A stretch of 32,000 nucleotides of DNA from Haloquadratum walsbyi C23 (GTDB taxonomy: Archaea; Halobacteriota; Halobacteria; Halobacteriales; Haloferacaceae). The notes below the pieces were generated by a model. That model was given only the letters and a program-made list of their open reading frames with translations. It was not told the origin of the DNA and made no database searches. The position numbers and the translations under genes were made by a program. The DNA lies in NCBI RefSeq assembly GCF_000237865.1, contig NC_017459.1, forward strand, positions 2,490,001 to 2,522,000, read 5' to 3'. Below are positions 6,782 through 17,081 of this stretch, one piece after another (the first letter of the stretch is position 1; every line of letters starts with the position of its first letter).

Positions 6782-8122
6782 CTAATTTGTCTCTGAGTCA
6801 GTGCTCAGGATCGATTCAATTGCACCGGTAACATCCTCAGGACCGGTTACCGAGACAACAACGACATTGCCGTCATCACCAAGGGCGCGGTCGACTTCTT
6901 CGGCATGTGTTGCATTGATTGCTGTGCCACCTGGTTGTGTCTCAACGTATGCATGTTGATTTGCTGGGATTGACTCCATGAGCGGAACGACATTCTGTGT
7001 TGTGTCGTTAGCTGCATTCTCGGAGTCACCCGCAGCGAAGACATATCGATTCCACTCCGACCATGGATACTCATCTTCGAGAATCTCCTTTGCAAGTTCA
7101 TATGCACTTGAGATTCGTGTTCCCCCACCGGAGCGGATTCCAAAGAAGTCCTCGCGTTCGACTTCCCATGCCTCAGCGTCATGAGCGATATAAACGAATT
7201 CGGCGTTATCGTACGTCCCTGTGAGATACCAATCGAGCGGGGTGAATGTCCGTTCAACTAGCTCACGTTTCGTTTCTCGCATTGACCCAGAAACATCTCG
7301 GATATTAACCACGACAACGTTCTTTTGTCGGGTTTCTTCAATCTCGGGCTGTCTGTATCGCTCATCATCCTTGCGAAGTGGGATCTCTTTGAGTCCATTC
7401 CGGCGAATGCGCTGCCCGACTGGAGTATGCTCAACATTTGCTTCGAGTTCTTCAAAGTCTGCCCATCGTCCACGCTCGTCATCGGGGATATCTTCCCATT
7501 CAGCTTCAATCCATGAAAATGAAACAAGGACATTCTGCTCACGGCACCATCGATATACCGATTCAGGCGTCTGATCCGCGACACGCATTGCTTCACGGAC
7601 AAATGACTCATCGAAATCCATTGCCAACTTGCGCTTGAGCCCCTGTTTGAACAGTCGCTCAAAATCAAGTGTGCTGTTTGGTCCCGTCCGAGTGACATCG
7701 GTGAAATCACCCTCAATCTCCTCGACAACTTCCTTGCCTTTCGGCTCAAGATCAAGTCCAAGTGCTTCATCAAGTTCAGTCGCGAACTCTTCGGGATCCA
7801 TTTCATAGTAGCCGTGGTCATCACTGCCATCACCAGGCTCACCCTCTTCATCTCCGTCTTCATCACCATCGCCGTCTGCCTCACCAGGCTCTGGTTGACC
7901 GACTGGTTGACCAACATCAGGTGTGTCACCCTGTCCTTGCCCAACACCGCCACGGTCAAGTTGATCATATTCGAATTCTGGAAGATCAACAACTTTGATC
8001 GGAATTTCGATATTATCCGCATCAGAGTTGCTTAAATCACCATATCGAATGAATGACTCAAGGTCCTGTCGACGGTCCTCACCAACTTCTCGGAATCGTT
8101 CAAGATCTTCTCTTAGTCCCAT
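6782..8122 (-). CDS. YeaH/YhbH-like protein (UPF0229/DUF444) with a C-terminal vWA domain
   Basis: A 446-aa protein with a MIDAS-type DxSxS motif (NIRDVSGSM) and an acidic Gly/Asp/Glu low-complexity linker. It overlaps the upstream PrkA paralog by 10 nt. Confidence 0.85.
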   Translation of the reverse strand: MGLREDLERFREVGEDRRQDLESFIRYGDLSNSDADNIEIPIKVVDLPEFEYDQLDRGGVGQGQGDTPDVGQPVGQPEPGEADGDGDEDGDEEGEPGDGSDDHGYYEMDPEEFATELDEALGLDLEPKGKEVVEEIEGDFTDVTRTGPNSTLDFERLFKQGLKRKLAMDFDESFVREAMRVADQTPESVYRWCREQNVLVSFSWIEAEWEDIPDDERGRWADFEELEANVEHTPVGQRIRRNGLKEIPLRKDDERYRQPEIEETRQKNVVVVNIRDVSGSMRETKRELVERTFTPLDWYLTGTYDNAEFVYIAHDAEAWEVEREDFFGIRSGGGTRISSAYELAKEILEDEYPWSEWNRYVFAAGDSENAANDTTQNVVPLMESIPANQHAYVETQPGGTAINATHAEEVDRALGDDGNVVVVSVTGPEDVTGAIESILSTDSETN

Positions 8123-10389
8123 CGTTGACGCACCTCCCGCATTACCGCACGACTCGTAAGCTCTGCGGAGGCAGGTGTGTATCCGCGTTGACAGAGCACG
8201 TCGATTGTTCGGTCTTTGACCCGAGCAGTCTCAGTGTTTGCTGGCGGGTCCTCCCACTGTGCAGGATTAAAGTCCTCATACAGTCGCTTGACATCATCCC
8301 AGTCATATCGATCGAGTACTGCCCGAATCACAGGAATCTCAGAGAGGTCAACATTCCCAATCTGGAATCCTGCATCACGATTCTCCCATGCATATCGATT
8401 TAATGCTGTGATTATCTTTTCACGACGGAATGATTCGACTACATTCGTCGGGGTGGTACCAGTATAATCGGATTCATCAAATCGACCGAGTTGCTCAGTC
8501 TCAAAGAGTTTCATAAGGAGTGGGTCAGGGTCGACTGGACCGCGATCAGTCTCAACACGACCGTCGTCATTCCATGCATAGACATGTTCGACGTATGATT
8601 CAACAGTCTCACGCTCAACAGAGTGTTCTGACAGTACTGCCTCAAGCACATCAGTTTCTTGTTCTGAGCGAACGTGATCGCGGACGGTCGAAATGCGCTC
8701 TTCATATTCCGTCCGCTCACTGCGTGAGAATACTGGTGCCTCACGAAGTCCTTCAACCATCGAATCAAGTACGTCTGTAGGCATGACTACGTCACCAACA
8801 TCGAGTTCAGGATGGTGACGGTCGGTTGTCTCATGAAGCAGGTCGGCAATAATATCACGAGTGTAGGTGACAGGAATACCGTGTGAGCCCTCATCATCAG
8901 CGGTGAAATCAAACTCATCAATCTTCGTCCGGGTGTCACCCTCCTGTAAATGACCAAACTCGTACAACAGTGCCTTATCAACAAGATCATACCCTCGTGG
9001 GAGGTCATCGGGTTCAAGTCGCGTGACAACGCTATACGTTGCTGCTGCTTCAACTGTGTGTGGTGCAAGTTCACGATCAGTGATTTCGCCGGGTCCACGG
9101 CGTACCTCAAGTGTGAGTGGGGCACGAATCCGCTCACGAAGATCACTCTCATCACTTGCATTCCAGACAGCCGTTTCATCGGTGAGTTCGCGTCGGATCA
9201 ATTCAGCCTCAAGTGCAACATTCGTCAGATAACGGAATTCATGCCGATCAAGTCGGCGTTTGAGTGCTTTGAGCGGATCCTGACCATTTCGGTCTGCATA
9301 TTTATCTAATTCAGCATCGAGATCAGGATTTGAGATAATGAGCAGTTGTGTATCGATATCCATCCCAATTCCCTTATCGAGTTTTACATGCCCTTCATCT
9401 GGGACATTCAACAGTTTCTGTAATAGGTCTGCATGCTGGGCAGCGTCCTCAACGATTGTGAGTAGACCGTTACCCTGTGAAAGCACACCATCATAGCTGA
9501 ACGCCTGTGGATTCTTTCGACCACGAGAGTCGAGTTCCTGAAGCATGCTTGGCATCCACGAGCCAACGAGTCGTTCCTTCGGTGACCCATCATCCTCAGA
9601 ATGAAGTACACCCACACCTTGTCCAACATCAACGACGTAGTTCTTTATCCGAAGATGATCGGGATCAATGATTGCACTGAATAACTCCTCAATACCATCA
9701 CGGCGGTAGGTCTCCTCAAGATACTCATATGCCTCTCTTGAGAATGGGTCAAGCTCTTCATCGACAGCAATCGGGATATGGTCCTCAGCACGGTCATTGA
9801 GTTCCATAAGTAATTCCCGACGAACTGATCGAGGGAATGTTGAGAGTGGATGCGCCTGCACAGGGCTTTCATACCAATCATCATCGCGCTCTGCGGTTGT
9901 TGTCTCATCACCGTAGGAAAGCCCACGAGTATCGGTTGCTGCAGCAACGTTCCATTCAACAGTATAGCGTCGCCCTTCATCAGTTTTTGAATACGCACGA
10001 AGCCCATCAATCAAGCAGCGTTTCAATTCAGACTTTCCAGTTGCTGTTGGACCATCAAACCAGAGTATCTTCTCTGATTTTCCACGCTCAGCAGCAATTG
10101 TTCGAAGGTCATCGACAAACCGATTCAAGACCTTCGTATTGCCTAAGACGGCGTGTTCACCGTCATTCGCTGGGTCATCAAAGAATCGGTACCGGTTGCG
10201 GGTCTCTCCCTCTTCAAAGACCGTTCGAGTACCCATCGACTCAATTGCCTCGACAAGGTATTTCGATGCATGCGAAGCAATTGACGGGCGCTCAAAGGCG
10301 GCATCGACGTACTCGCCAAGCGTCATTGGCTTCTCGTACGTGCCCTGAAGTCGGTCGTCGGCGTCAGTAATGTAATTATTCATTCTCAT
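8113..10389 (-). CDS. PrkA-family AAA+ protein, divergent paralog 2
   Basis: A 758-aa protein with Walker A motif [12 protein letters not shown] in a PrkA-like N-terminal context ([10 protein letters not shown]...). It is in tandem with the canonical PrkA. Confidence 0.85.
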   Translation of the reverse strand: MRMNNYITDADDRLQGTYEKPMTLGEYVDAAFERPSIASHASKYLVEAIESMGTRTVFEEGETRNRYRFFDDPANDGEHAVLGNTKVLNRFVDDLRTIAAERGKSEKILWFDGPTATGKSELKRCLIDGLRAYSKTDEGRRYTVEWNVAAATDTRGLSYGDETTTAERDDDWYESPVQAHPLSTFPRSVRRELLMELNDRAEDHIPIAVDEELDPFSREAYEYLEETYRRDGIEELFSAIIDPDHLRIKNYVVDVGQGVGVLHSEDDGSPKERLVGSWMPSMLQELDSRGRKNPQAFSYDGVLSQGNGLLTIVEDAAQHADLLQKLLNVPDEGHVKLDKGIGMDIDTQLLIISNPDLDAELDKYADRNGQDPLKALKRRLDRHEFRYLTNVALEAELIRRELTDETAVWNASDESDLRERIRAPLTLEVRRGPGEITDRELAPHTVEAAATYSVVTRLEPDDLPRGYDLVDKALLYEFGHLQEGDTRTKIDEFDFTADDEGSHGIPVTYTRDIIADLLHETTDRHHPELDVGDVVMPTDVLDSMVEGLREAPVFSRSERTEYEERISTVRDHVRSEQETDVLEAVLSEHSVERETVESYVEHVYAWNDDGRVETDRGPVDPDPLLMKLFETEQLGRFDESDYTGTTPTNVVESFRREKIITALNRYAWENRDAGFQIGNVDLSEIPVIRAVLDRYDWDDVKRLYEDFNPAQWEDPPANTETARVKDRTIDVLCQRGYTPASAELTSRAVMREVRQRWD

Positions 10390-10723
10390 CGATTATCGAG
10401 TCTTGGTGAGTGATTGACACTGTGGTGGTGATTGTCGGTATCGAGATTGTGATTCGGTGTGAAAGTATTGAAGCTGAAGTTGAAGCGGCAGCAGCAATGG
10501 CAATGACGAGCGTATCAGTCTTACTCAAACGCAAAGCCGGGTCCACTGCCCGTTGAGACGGTCGCTGTTGCGTCAGTCTGTGAGTGTGAGTATCAATATC
10601 AGTATTAGGATCAATATCGGTATCGACACACTGAGTCATGAAATCTGTCTGTGTGCCCGTTATGGAAGCAGACAGAAACGCAAGCATATTTGAAAACGAA
10701 CGATACGGGCACATGGACACGGC
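10390..10723 (-). other. 334-bp spacer between the two prkA paralogs (repeats, alternative hairpins, open in frame with prkA1)
   Basis: See findings. Hairpin arms are 10644-10651/10669-10676 and 10652-10660/10705-10713. Confidence 0.6.
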
Positions 10724-12793
10724 TTAAGCCTCAAGCTCGCTCTTTGCGACCTCAGCGCCGGCGAATTCTAAGACTTCCTGTGCGCCTGCTTGTGAATATC
10801 CGCGATCAACGAGTGCCTCAATCCATGCATTTCGCTCATCATCATCAAGTTCGTTTGCACTAACGAGTGCTGAGAAATTGATATTGTGCTTTTTATCCTC
10901 CCAGAGTTTTCGCTCAAGTGCACGACGAAGGCGGTCATTATCATGCGGGTCAAACGATGTCCCTTCACGAGCACGACGTGAAACCCAGTTTGAGACCTCC
11001 TGTCGGAAATCATCTTTTCGATCCTCAGGAATGTCAAGTTTTTCTTCAACTGAGCGGAGGAACGTCTCATCTGGGTCCTGTTCGCGACCTGTGAGAGCAT
11101 CTTCAACAGTTGCATCATCGATATAAGCCATCACATGGTCCATGTATTTCTCGCCTTGACGCTGAATCTCATCAAGATCGTATGCAAGTGCATGACGGAC
11201 ATCTTCGATAGCGCGCTCGCGGTATTCCTCACGCACCATCTCAAGATAGCGGTGATACTGATCAAGATTCTCCTCTGGAATTGACCCATGATTCTCAAGA
11301 TTGGTCTCAAAGTGTGAAAAGACCGAAAGAGGCGATAGATACGTTCGATCACGGTGTGTTGCATCCATGATTGCCTCTGCAATCTCATCACCGATGAACC
11401 GTGCAGAGACACCATCCATTCCTTCACCAATGTCGGTGGATTCCTCTGCATTTTCCCGTAGTTTCCGGACGTCAACATCGTCGCCATCATCAAGCTCTCC
11501 GTTGTACGCTTTTGCCTTTTGTACAAGCGACGCATTCGTGTCAGGTTCGGCTAATCGGGTCAACACACCAAAGAGCCCTGCCATCTCGAGTGCATGCGGC
11601 TCAATATGCATATCCGGAACGTCCGCATTCCGGAGCATCTTCCGATAGATTTCTGATTCCTCGTCATACTCTAAGACGTATGGGAAATCAACGCGCTTTG
11701 TTCGGTCATTGAACGCTTCCATTTTTTCATCGCCTTTCTTCTCGCGGTACTCCGGCATATTTGTCCGCCCAACAATCACCTCATCAATATCGATTCGGGG
11801 GTTGTTCTTTGGCTTGATTGTCTGCTCTTGTGATGCATGTAAGAAGTCATAGAGGAATTCTCGCTGAAGCTTCAGAAGTTCCTCTCCGGAGAAGAGTCCA
11901 CGGTTAGCGTTACAGAATGCTCCCGAATAATCGAATGCACGAGGATCAGACTCACCGTAGACAGCAAGTTTTGAGTAATTAACATCTCCAGTGAGTTCTG
12001 TCTCATCTTGATTCTTCTTGTCCTTTGGCTCGAATGTCTCGACACACTGACGCTTGTTCTCAGATGCAACAAGGCGTATAATCTCAACATGATTCTGCAG
12101 GACTGCTTCAAGATCATCGTTATAGTGCGCAAGGAGCTTATCCATATAGAATTCAGAAGCCGGATCGAGTGATTGTCCATTTTGAATCGTATATGGCGCA
12201 TCAAGCTCATCGTTGAGACGATCAAGGACAATATCGCGTTGCTCCTGTGGAAGTAAGACGAGTGGGTCCTGGTTCATCGGTGACTGAACGGTGTCATCAG
12301 CAGGATCCTGATCTGGGATGACATCCATGAGATTTTTCCAGCGGAATGTGTACATCCGACCAGCATCACTGGCAGTGTACGCTTCAAAATATCGTCGAAC
12401 CATCCAGTCGAAATGAGACTTCCCAGAGCCAACAGGACCGAGCAGAAGCTTAATACGCTTTTCAGGACCAAGTCGTCGAGCGCCCGATTTTACCTTATTG
12501 ACAAATTCATGAATCGACTCATGAACCTCTCGTCCATAGAATGTGTTCTCGCCGTCATGAAGTGGGTCCTCAGATGCCATGCAATACTCAACGACACCGG
12601 CGTCTTCGTCATATTCGGTGCCGTAATGATCAAACATGTCTGCGACCCGTTGGTGGGCATTCCGAGCGATTCGTGGGTCATTGTATAGTTCATCAAGGTA
12701 CCAATCGAAACGCTTCGCGTCACGAAGGTCTGATGGCACCGAGTCTTTATACTGGCTACTCAGTGTTTCAAGGGTTGCTCTGTTACCGTTCAT
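10724..12793 (-). CDS. prkA: PrkA/YeaG-family AAA+ protein (putative Ser kinase / Lon-like ATPase), paralog 1
   Basis: Walker A motif LLLGPVGSGKSH with PrkA-like sequence throughout. I place the start at the Met of MNGNRATLE (12793), because an ATATATAT box at 12821-12828 lies 27 nt upstream (leaderless geometry). The longer track ORF (to 12937) adds a basic, Cys-rich, atypical N-terminus. Confidence 0.9.
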   Translation of the reverse strand: MNGNRATLETLSSQYKDSVPSDLRDAKRFDWYLDELYNDPRIARNAHQRVADMFDHYGTEYDEDAGVVEYCMASEDPLHDGENTFYGREVHESIHEFVNKVKSGARRLGPEKRIKLLLGPVGSGKSHFDWMVRRYFEAYTASDAGRMYTFRWKNLMDVIPDQDPADDTVQSPMNQDPLVLLPQEQRDIVLDRLNDELDAPYTIQNGQSLDPASEFYMDKLLAHYNDDLEAVLQNHVEIIRLVASENKRQCVETFEPKDKKNQDETELTGDVNYSKLAVYGESDPRAFDYSGAFCNANRGLFSGEELLKLQREFLYDFLHASQEQTIKPKNNPRIDIDEVIVGRTNMPEYREKKGDEKMEAFNDRTKRVDFPYVLEYDEESEIYRKMLRNADVPDMHIEPHALEMAGLFGVLTRLAEPDTNASLVQKAKAYNGELDDGDDVDVRKLRENAEESTDIGEGMDGVSARFIGDEIAEAIMDATHRDRTYLSPLSVFSHFETNLENHGSIPEENLDQYHRYLEMVREEYRERAIEDVRHALAYDLDEIQRQGEKYMDHVMAYIDDATVEDALTGREQDPDETFLRSVEEKLDIPEDRKDDFRQEVSNWVSRRAREGTSFDPHDNDRLRRALERKLWEDKKHNINFSALVSANELDDDERNAWIEALVDRGYSQAGAQEVLEFAGAEVAKSELEA

Positions 12794-12820
12794 TGTTTGT
12801 GGCCTCGGGGGAGCGACGGG

Positions 12821-12828
12821 ATATATAT
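12821..12828 (-). promoter_or_regulatory. TATA box of the prkA operon (leaderless start at 12793)
   Basis: ATATATAT, with its proximal edge 27 nt upstream of the ATG. Confidence 0.5.
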
Positions 12829-13163
12829 GATATGCGGTATCACTCCACACGGAACACCTAAAGACCTGATTGGCAACATGACAACGATAAACGACAGAAC
12901 GTCGGGGATCGACAGACGGTGTAGACGTGTGGGTCACTCAACCGATCGACCGAGACTATTAGTGTGTCAGTAATGGGCACACATAAGTGTTCCTTCGATT
13001 GATAACACAAAATCACGCCACAGGCTGTAGGTTGATCCAAGCGATGAATGAGATTCATTAGGGCAAACGTCCTAGTAAGTCTTGAGTGAAATAAAGGCCC
13101 TAAGAGTAGATTACGAGTCAGTGCAATTACTGTTAAGGATAGAGCTAATATTAATTATTGCAT

Positions 13164-13622
13164 ATGTCTCATGTTACACTTATTGGCGATCGTCTGGCAA
13201 GCACGGGAACAGAGTTTGTGTATGAGGGTGAATCAGTTGCCTGTGAGGGGTGCCCATATCGAAAACAATGTCTCAATCTCACTGAGGGCGTGAGATATGA
13301 GATCACGGATGTCCGCGATGACGGACAGTTGCTCGATTGCGCTGTCCATGATACCGGTGTTCGGGCTGTCGAGGTTGAACCAACGTCAGTCGTTGCAAAT
13401 GTTGCGACAAGAGAGGCATACGCAGGAGGAAAGGCAGAACTTCCTGGTTCATGTCCGCATACAGAATGTCCAAGTCATGAGTACTGCGTTCCTGATGGGA
13501 CAGAGTTCGACACTGAATATCAAATTGAGACTGTCCATGGTGACCCTCCACACGAACACTGTCAACTTGATCGAGAATTGACGCTCGTTGAGTTCAAACC
13601 GCCAGATACAACATCAAATTGA
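13164..13622 (+). CDS. UPF0179-family Cys-rich archaeal protein
   Basis: MSHVTLIGDRLASTGTEFVYEGESVACEGCPYRKQCLNL...DCAVHDTGVRAVEVEP matches my recollection of the conserved UPF0179 family. The ATG at 13164 is preferred over the TTG at 13158. Confidence 0.75.
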   Translation: MSHVTLIGDRLASTGTEFVYEGESVACEGCPYRKQCLNLTEGVRYEITDVRDDGQLLDCAVHDTGVRAVEVEPTSVVANVATREAYAGGKAELPGSCPHTECPSHEYCVPDGTEFDTEYQIETVHGDPPHEHCQLDRELTLVEFKPPDTTSN

Positions 13623-13717
13623 GATCATCTATCGGTTGTGATCATGTTTGTTGTCAATCACCTGTGATTAATGCTCACCACGTGATTTGATTCCGAGATT
13701 AATCGGATGATATCCAT

Positions 13718-14536
13718 TTAAGCAAGTGTTCCAAGACAATCAGCAGCATATCCAAACACATCTTCATATCCATACGCGGAGAGTAAAACCGGGTAGAACT
13801 CAGTATCAGCATTGTATCGTTCGCCATCAGCCGCTGCGAATTGGTCGCCAGGCGCAACGCGCTCGAAATTATCGACAAAAACCTCATATGTCTCAGCAGG
13901 TTGCTTTGGGATTTGATCAAGCATATGAAACACGGTCACATCATCATCATCACGCCGATGAAGTGACAACGGTGGCTCAACATCACCTTCAATTGGCGCT
14001 GGTAGTGCACCAGTCGCTGAGAGAAACGCTCGCGTTATCCAGTATGCGTTTGTGATTGCTCGCTCGGAGCCTTGAAGCCCGCATTCAACCTCGATCGTGT
14101 GTGCGTGCTCAATAAGACGTCCATCAGAAAACGGACCGGTCTCGACAAGATGCTCCATCGGGAGATATGGACAAATTGCCCGCGAAACAGCATCAATTTC
14201 ATCAACAAGCGCAAACGGCTCAGCGTATGATTGCGTCGAATGTAATGAGAGCACAGTCGTTCCTCGCAGTTCACGAACAAGATTATGAGCAAGTTGCCTC
14301 TCATGCGTGTCAGCATCGGGATCACCTGGGAATGCACGATTAAGATCCTCATCAAGATAGCGAACACCTGATTCGAGCGCCTTTTCATTCGCCACAATAA
14401 GCTTAATTGGTCGTTTTACTGTCGGATCACTCGAAACAAGCCGTTCAATAGCACGCTCCCCGCACGGCTCATCACCGTGGACGGATCCGACAACCGCAGT
14501 TTCTGGTACCCCATCCCCAAGCTCGTATATACGCAT
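13718..14536 (-). CDS. succinylglutamate desuccinylase/aspartoacylase (AstE/AspA) family zinc hydrolase
   Basis: VGSVHGDEPCG is an HGxE Zn-binding motif near the N-terminus. The ATG of MRIYELG (14536) is preferred over the upstream TTG. Confidence 0.75.
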   Translation of the reverse strand: MRIYELGDGVPETAVVGSVHGDEPCGERAIERLVSSDPTVKRPIKLIVANEKALESGVRYLDEDLNRAFPGDPDADTHERQLAHNLVRELRGTTVLSLHSTQSYAEPFALVDEIDAVSRAICPYLPMEHLVETGPFSDGRLIEHAHTIEVECGLQGSERAITNAYWITRAFLSATGALPAPIEGDVEPPLSLHRRDDDDVTVFHMLDQIPKQPAETYEVFVDNFERVAPGDQFAAADGERYNADTEFYPVLLSAYGYEDVFGYAADCLGTLA

Positions 14537-14876
14537 TATTGACTCTATGTGCGAGACGCTCAAATCACTTTATCAGCGTTTGAGCATATAGTCTGTGATT
14601 AATAATTATATATCAACCAACGACACCGCTTTTTGATAATAATACTGATTGTAAGAATCGAGCACAAACATATCTCAACATCGGATTAAACTGAGACAAA
14701 TCGTATTCTCTAGGGAAAAGAACTTAGGATTTGTCAGTGAGTGAGTGAATATACACATGAGGATTCAATCGGTAGTATGTCGGTACCAATATCACTATCA
14801 AAAGTGGAAAAGACAGCATAGTATTGCACTGACTGTTTCATGATTATGAGTGAGGACACGGATATACGGTGAGAAT

Positions 14877-15371
14877 ATGACAGAACACACCCGTGATGAC
14901 AGCATTAGCCCACCAATCGGAACGAATCCGACCGGGTGGACTGACAGTGGACTGACATCGAATGGATGGGAACATGGAACGCTTCGGCGCGCAGTAATTC
15001 ATGGCGTTCGGTTGTATAATTCTGGTGAGTTTCATGAGTCACATGATTGTTTTGAAGCAGAGTGGTACAATTACGGTCGGGGGACAGTCGAAAGCGCATT
15101 TCTTCATGGCATGGTTCAAGTCGCTGCTGGAGCGTACAAGCATTTTGATTTTACCAATGACGACGGGATGCGGTCATTATTTCATACCGCGCTTCAGTAT
15201 CTCAAGGGAGTGCCAACAGATTTCTATGGTGTTGATCTCGATGATGTTCGACAAACACTCGAAGATGCAATTGATGACCCGACGACACTCCATGGGTGGC
15301 GGATTAAACTTGATGACGCACATCCAGAAGCATCAACGCGAGATATGGAATATGCTGAACAACTTGAGTGA
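14877..15371 (+). CDS. DUF309 domain protein
   Basis: [18 protein letters not shown] is the typical DUF309 signature. The ATG at 14877 is preferred over the GTG at 14850. Confidence 0.7.
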   Translation: MTEHTRDDSISPPIGTNPTGWTDSGLTSNGWEHGTLRRAVIHGVRLYNSGEFHESHDCFEAEWYNYGRGTVESAFLHGMVQVAAGAYKHFDFTNDDGMRSLFHTALQYLKGVPTDFYGVDLDDVRQTLEDAIDDPTTLHGWRIKLDDAHPEASTRDMEYAEQLE

Positions 15372-15574
15372 GAATTCAATATATATGTTTCTCTGCGAAT
15401 ATACACCTTTGAGAGTCTCAAAAACAGCTAACGACAGAACATGAGAGATATAATTAGGCTTCTGATCAGGATTGACGTAGCGAAGTTGACGAGTCGACTC
15501 TTTTTGTATACACTGAGTCTGTGATATTGCATATTGCCACGGATTGAATACTGTCACCCACATATGAACGATAT

Positions 15575-17038
15575 ATGGAAAATACCTGGCAGAAGGGAAT
15601 ACAGACACAACGCGAAGAGTGTCGTGACGTTGATCTGAACGTTCAAGGTGAATTCCCGACATGGCTTGATGGAACATTCATCGGAAATGGTCCGGGACAG
15701 TTTGAAGTTGGTGAGACAGCGCTTGAACACTGGTTTGACGCACTCGCCATGTTACGTCAGATAAAGATCACCGACGGAACAGCACGATACAGTAATCGAT
15801 TTGTTCGAAGTGAGGACTTCAAAGCCGCCCGTGAGGATGACCGAGTCCGGCGGTCACTTCCAGGAACACCTGCAAGTGGTTCAGCATTGCGACGACTGTA
15901 TCAGGCTCTTGCCGGCGGACTCCAAGATAATCCCTCAATTGGAGTCACACGCATGAATAAAAAATTATATGCTGTCACAGAAAGCCCAGTTGGGCTTGAA
16001 ATCGACCCGAAAACACTCGAAACAACTGACCGACGTGATCTCACCACTGGATTAGAGAGTGATATTACACTTGGACACACACACTTTGAGGGCAATACAC
16101 AGTGGGGAATGGGTGCGACATTCGGGTCAGAATGTGCATATACCTTATTTCGGCGATCAGAAGGGAATTCACCGAAGCCAATTAGTCGATTACAGTTTGA
16201 TGAACATCCACCATACATTCATGCGTTTGCACTCACCGAGCAGTATGCAGTCATTCCCGAGTCAAGCTTTGGAGTGAATTTCCGTAAGCTCCTGTTTGAT
16301 ACTGCTCGAGGGGGGACATTCCTTGATGCGTTCGCCTCACGAGATTGTCAATCACAGTTTCATATTATTGATCGAACGACTGGTGAGCGAACGGCCGCCG
16401 TATCCGCGGATCCATTCCTGATCTATCACTTTGCAAATGCATACGAGGAAAGCAAAAGTGAAGCGGAATCCGAATCCGAATCCGAATCTGAATCGATTGT
16501 TGTTGATTGTGTGCGGTTCGATGATATTACTGCAATCACCGATTTAACAGTCGAAAATCTTCGTAGTGAGGATCCGGACCTTCCGGAAGGTGACTTTGTG
16601 CGGTATCGATTACCGCTTGAGGGTGGAACTGCAGAGCGAGAGCGGTTATTCCGCGGACCGGTCGAGTTTCCAACAATCAATTATGATGCGTATAATGCAC
16701 GTTCATATCAGTATGCATATCTCGCGGCTACTGATGCCGGTGGACTTCCAACAGCTATTGCGAAGGTTGATGTCGAGCAGACAACTGCCCAGCGGTGGTC
16801 TGAGGATGGGTTACACCCAGGTGAAGCATTATTTGTCCCAGCACCAGAACCGACAGCAGAAGACGACGGAGTGTTATTATCACTCGCGACTGATGGGTAT
16901 GATGAGCGGTCAGTGCTGCTTTGTCTTGATGCAGAAACAATGACTGAACAAGCACGGGCAGTACTTCCACATCGTGTCCCATATGGATTCCATGGGCAAT
17001 TCTATGAGACATCGAATCCAACGCGCTCAATGGCGTGA
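15575..17038 (+). CDS. carotenoid (apocarotenoid) cleavage oxygenase, RPE65/CCO family
   Basis: Four His-containing blocks at the spacing typical for the family: GHTHFEG, PYIHAFA, LIYHFANAYEE and PYGFHGQFYE. The N-terminal GEFPTWLDGTFIGNGPG also fits. Confidence 0.85.
   Translation: MENTWQKGIQTQREECRDVDLNVQGEFPTWLDGTFIGNGPGQFEVGETALEHWFDALAMLRQIKITDGTARYSNRFVRSEDFKAAREDDRVRRSLPGTPASGSALRRLYQALAGGLQDNPSIGVTRMNKKLYAVTESPVGLEIDPKTLETTDRRDLTTGLESDITLGHTHFEGNTQWGMGATFGSECAYTLFRRSEGNSPKPISRLQFDEHPPYIHAFALTEQYAVIPESSFGVNFRKLLFDTARGGTFLDAFASRDCQSQFHIIDRTTGERTAAVSADPFLIYHFANAYEESKSEAESESESESESIVVDCVRFDDITAITDLTVENLRSEDPDLPEGDFVRYRLPLEGGTAERERLFRGPVEFPTINYDAYNARSYQYAYLAATDAGGLPTAIAKVDVEQTTAQRWSEDGLHPGEALFVPAPEPTAEDDGVLLSLATDGYDERSVLLCLDAETMTEQARAVLPHRVPYGFHGQFYETSNPTRSMA
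16466..16495 (+). repeat. (GAATCY)5 hexanucleotide tandem repeat encoding ESESESESES inside the oxygenase
   Basis: gaatcc gaatcc gaatcc gaatct gaatcg, read directly. Confidence 0.9.
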
Positions 17039-17081
17039 ATTCAGCTATACGACATAGGTGTATATGCTCCCAATTCAACAG

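Noticed and set aside
7258-8022. Long antisense or alternative-frame ORFs inside large genes. Examples: 7258..8022, 6847..7257, 9837..10370, 5705..6052, 23257..23709, 24293..24760, 29686..30246, 28695..29096.
   Set aside because: They lie wholly within, antisense to, or out of frame with strongly supported conserved genes. They encode Ser/Arg/His/Leu-rich basic products of the kind expected from out-of-frame or antisense reading of acidic codon-biased genes. None has a recognisable motif.
12794-12937. N-terminally extended versions of several ORFs as given in the track: prkA1 to 12937, pccB to 26972, peroxiredoxin from 27449, lipoprotein to 17804, AstE-like to 14563, DUF309 from 14850, UPF0179 from 13158, rps17e from 24522.
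   Set aside because: The extensions start at TTG or GTG, or add basic, Cys- or Trp-rich non-conserved residues. The internal ATG gives the canonical family N-terminus. In several cases it also sits about 25-30 nt behind a TATA-like box (leaderless geometry).
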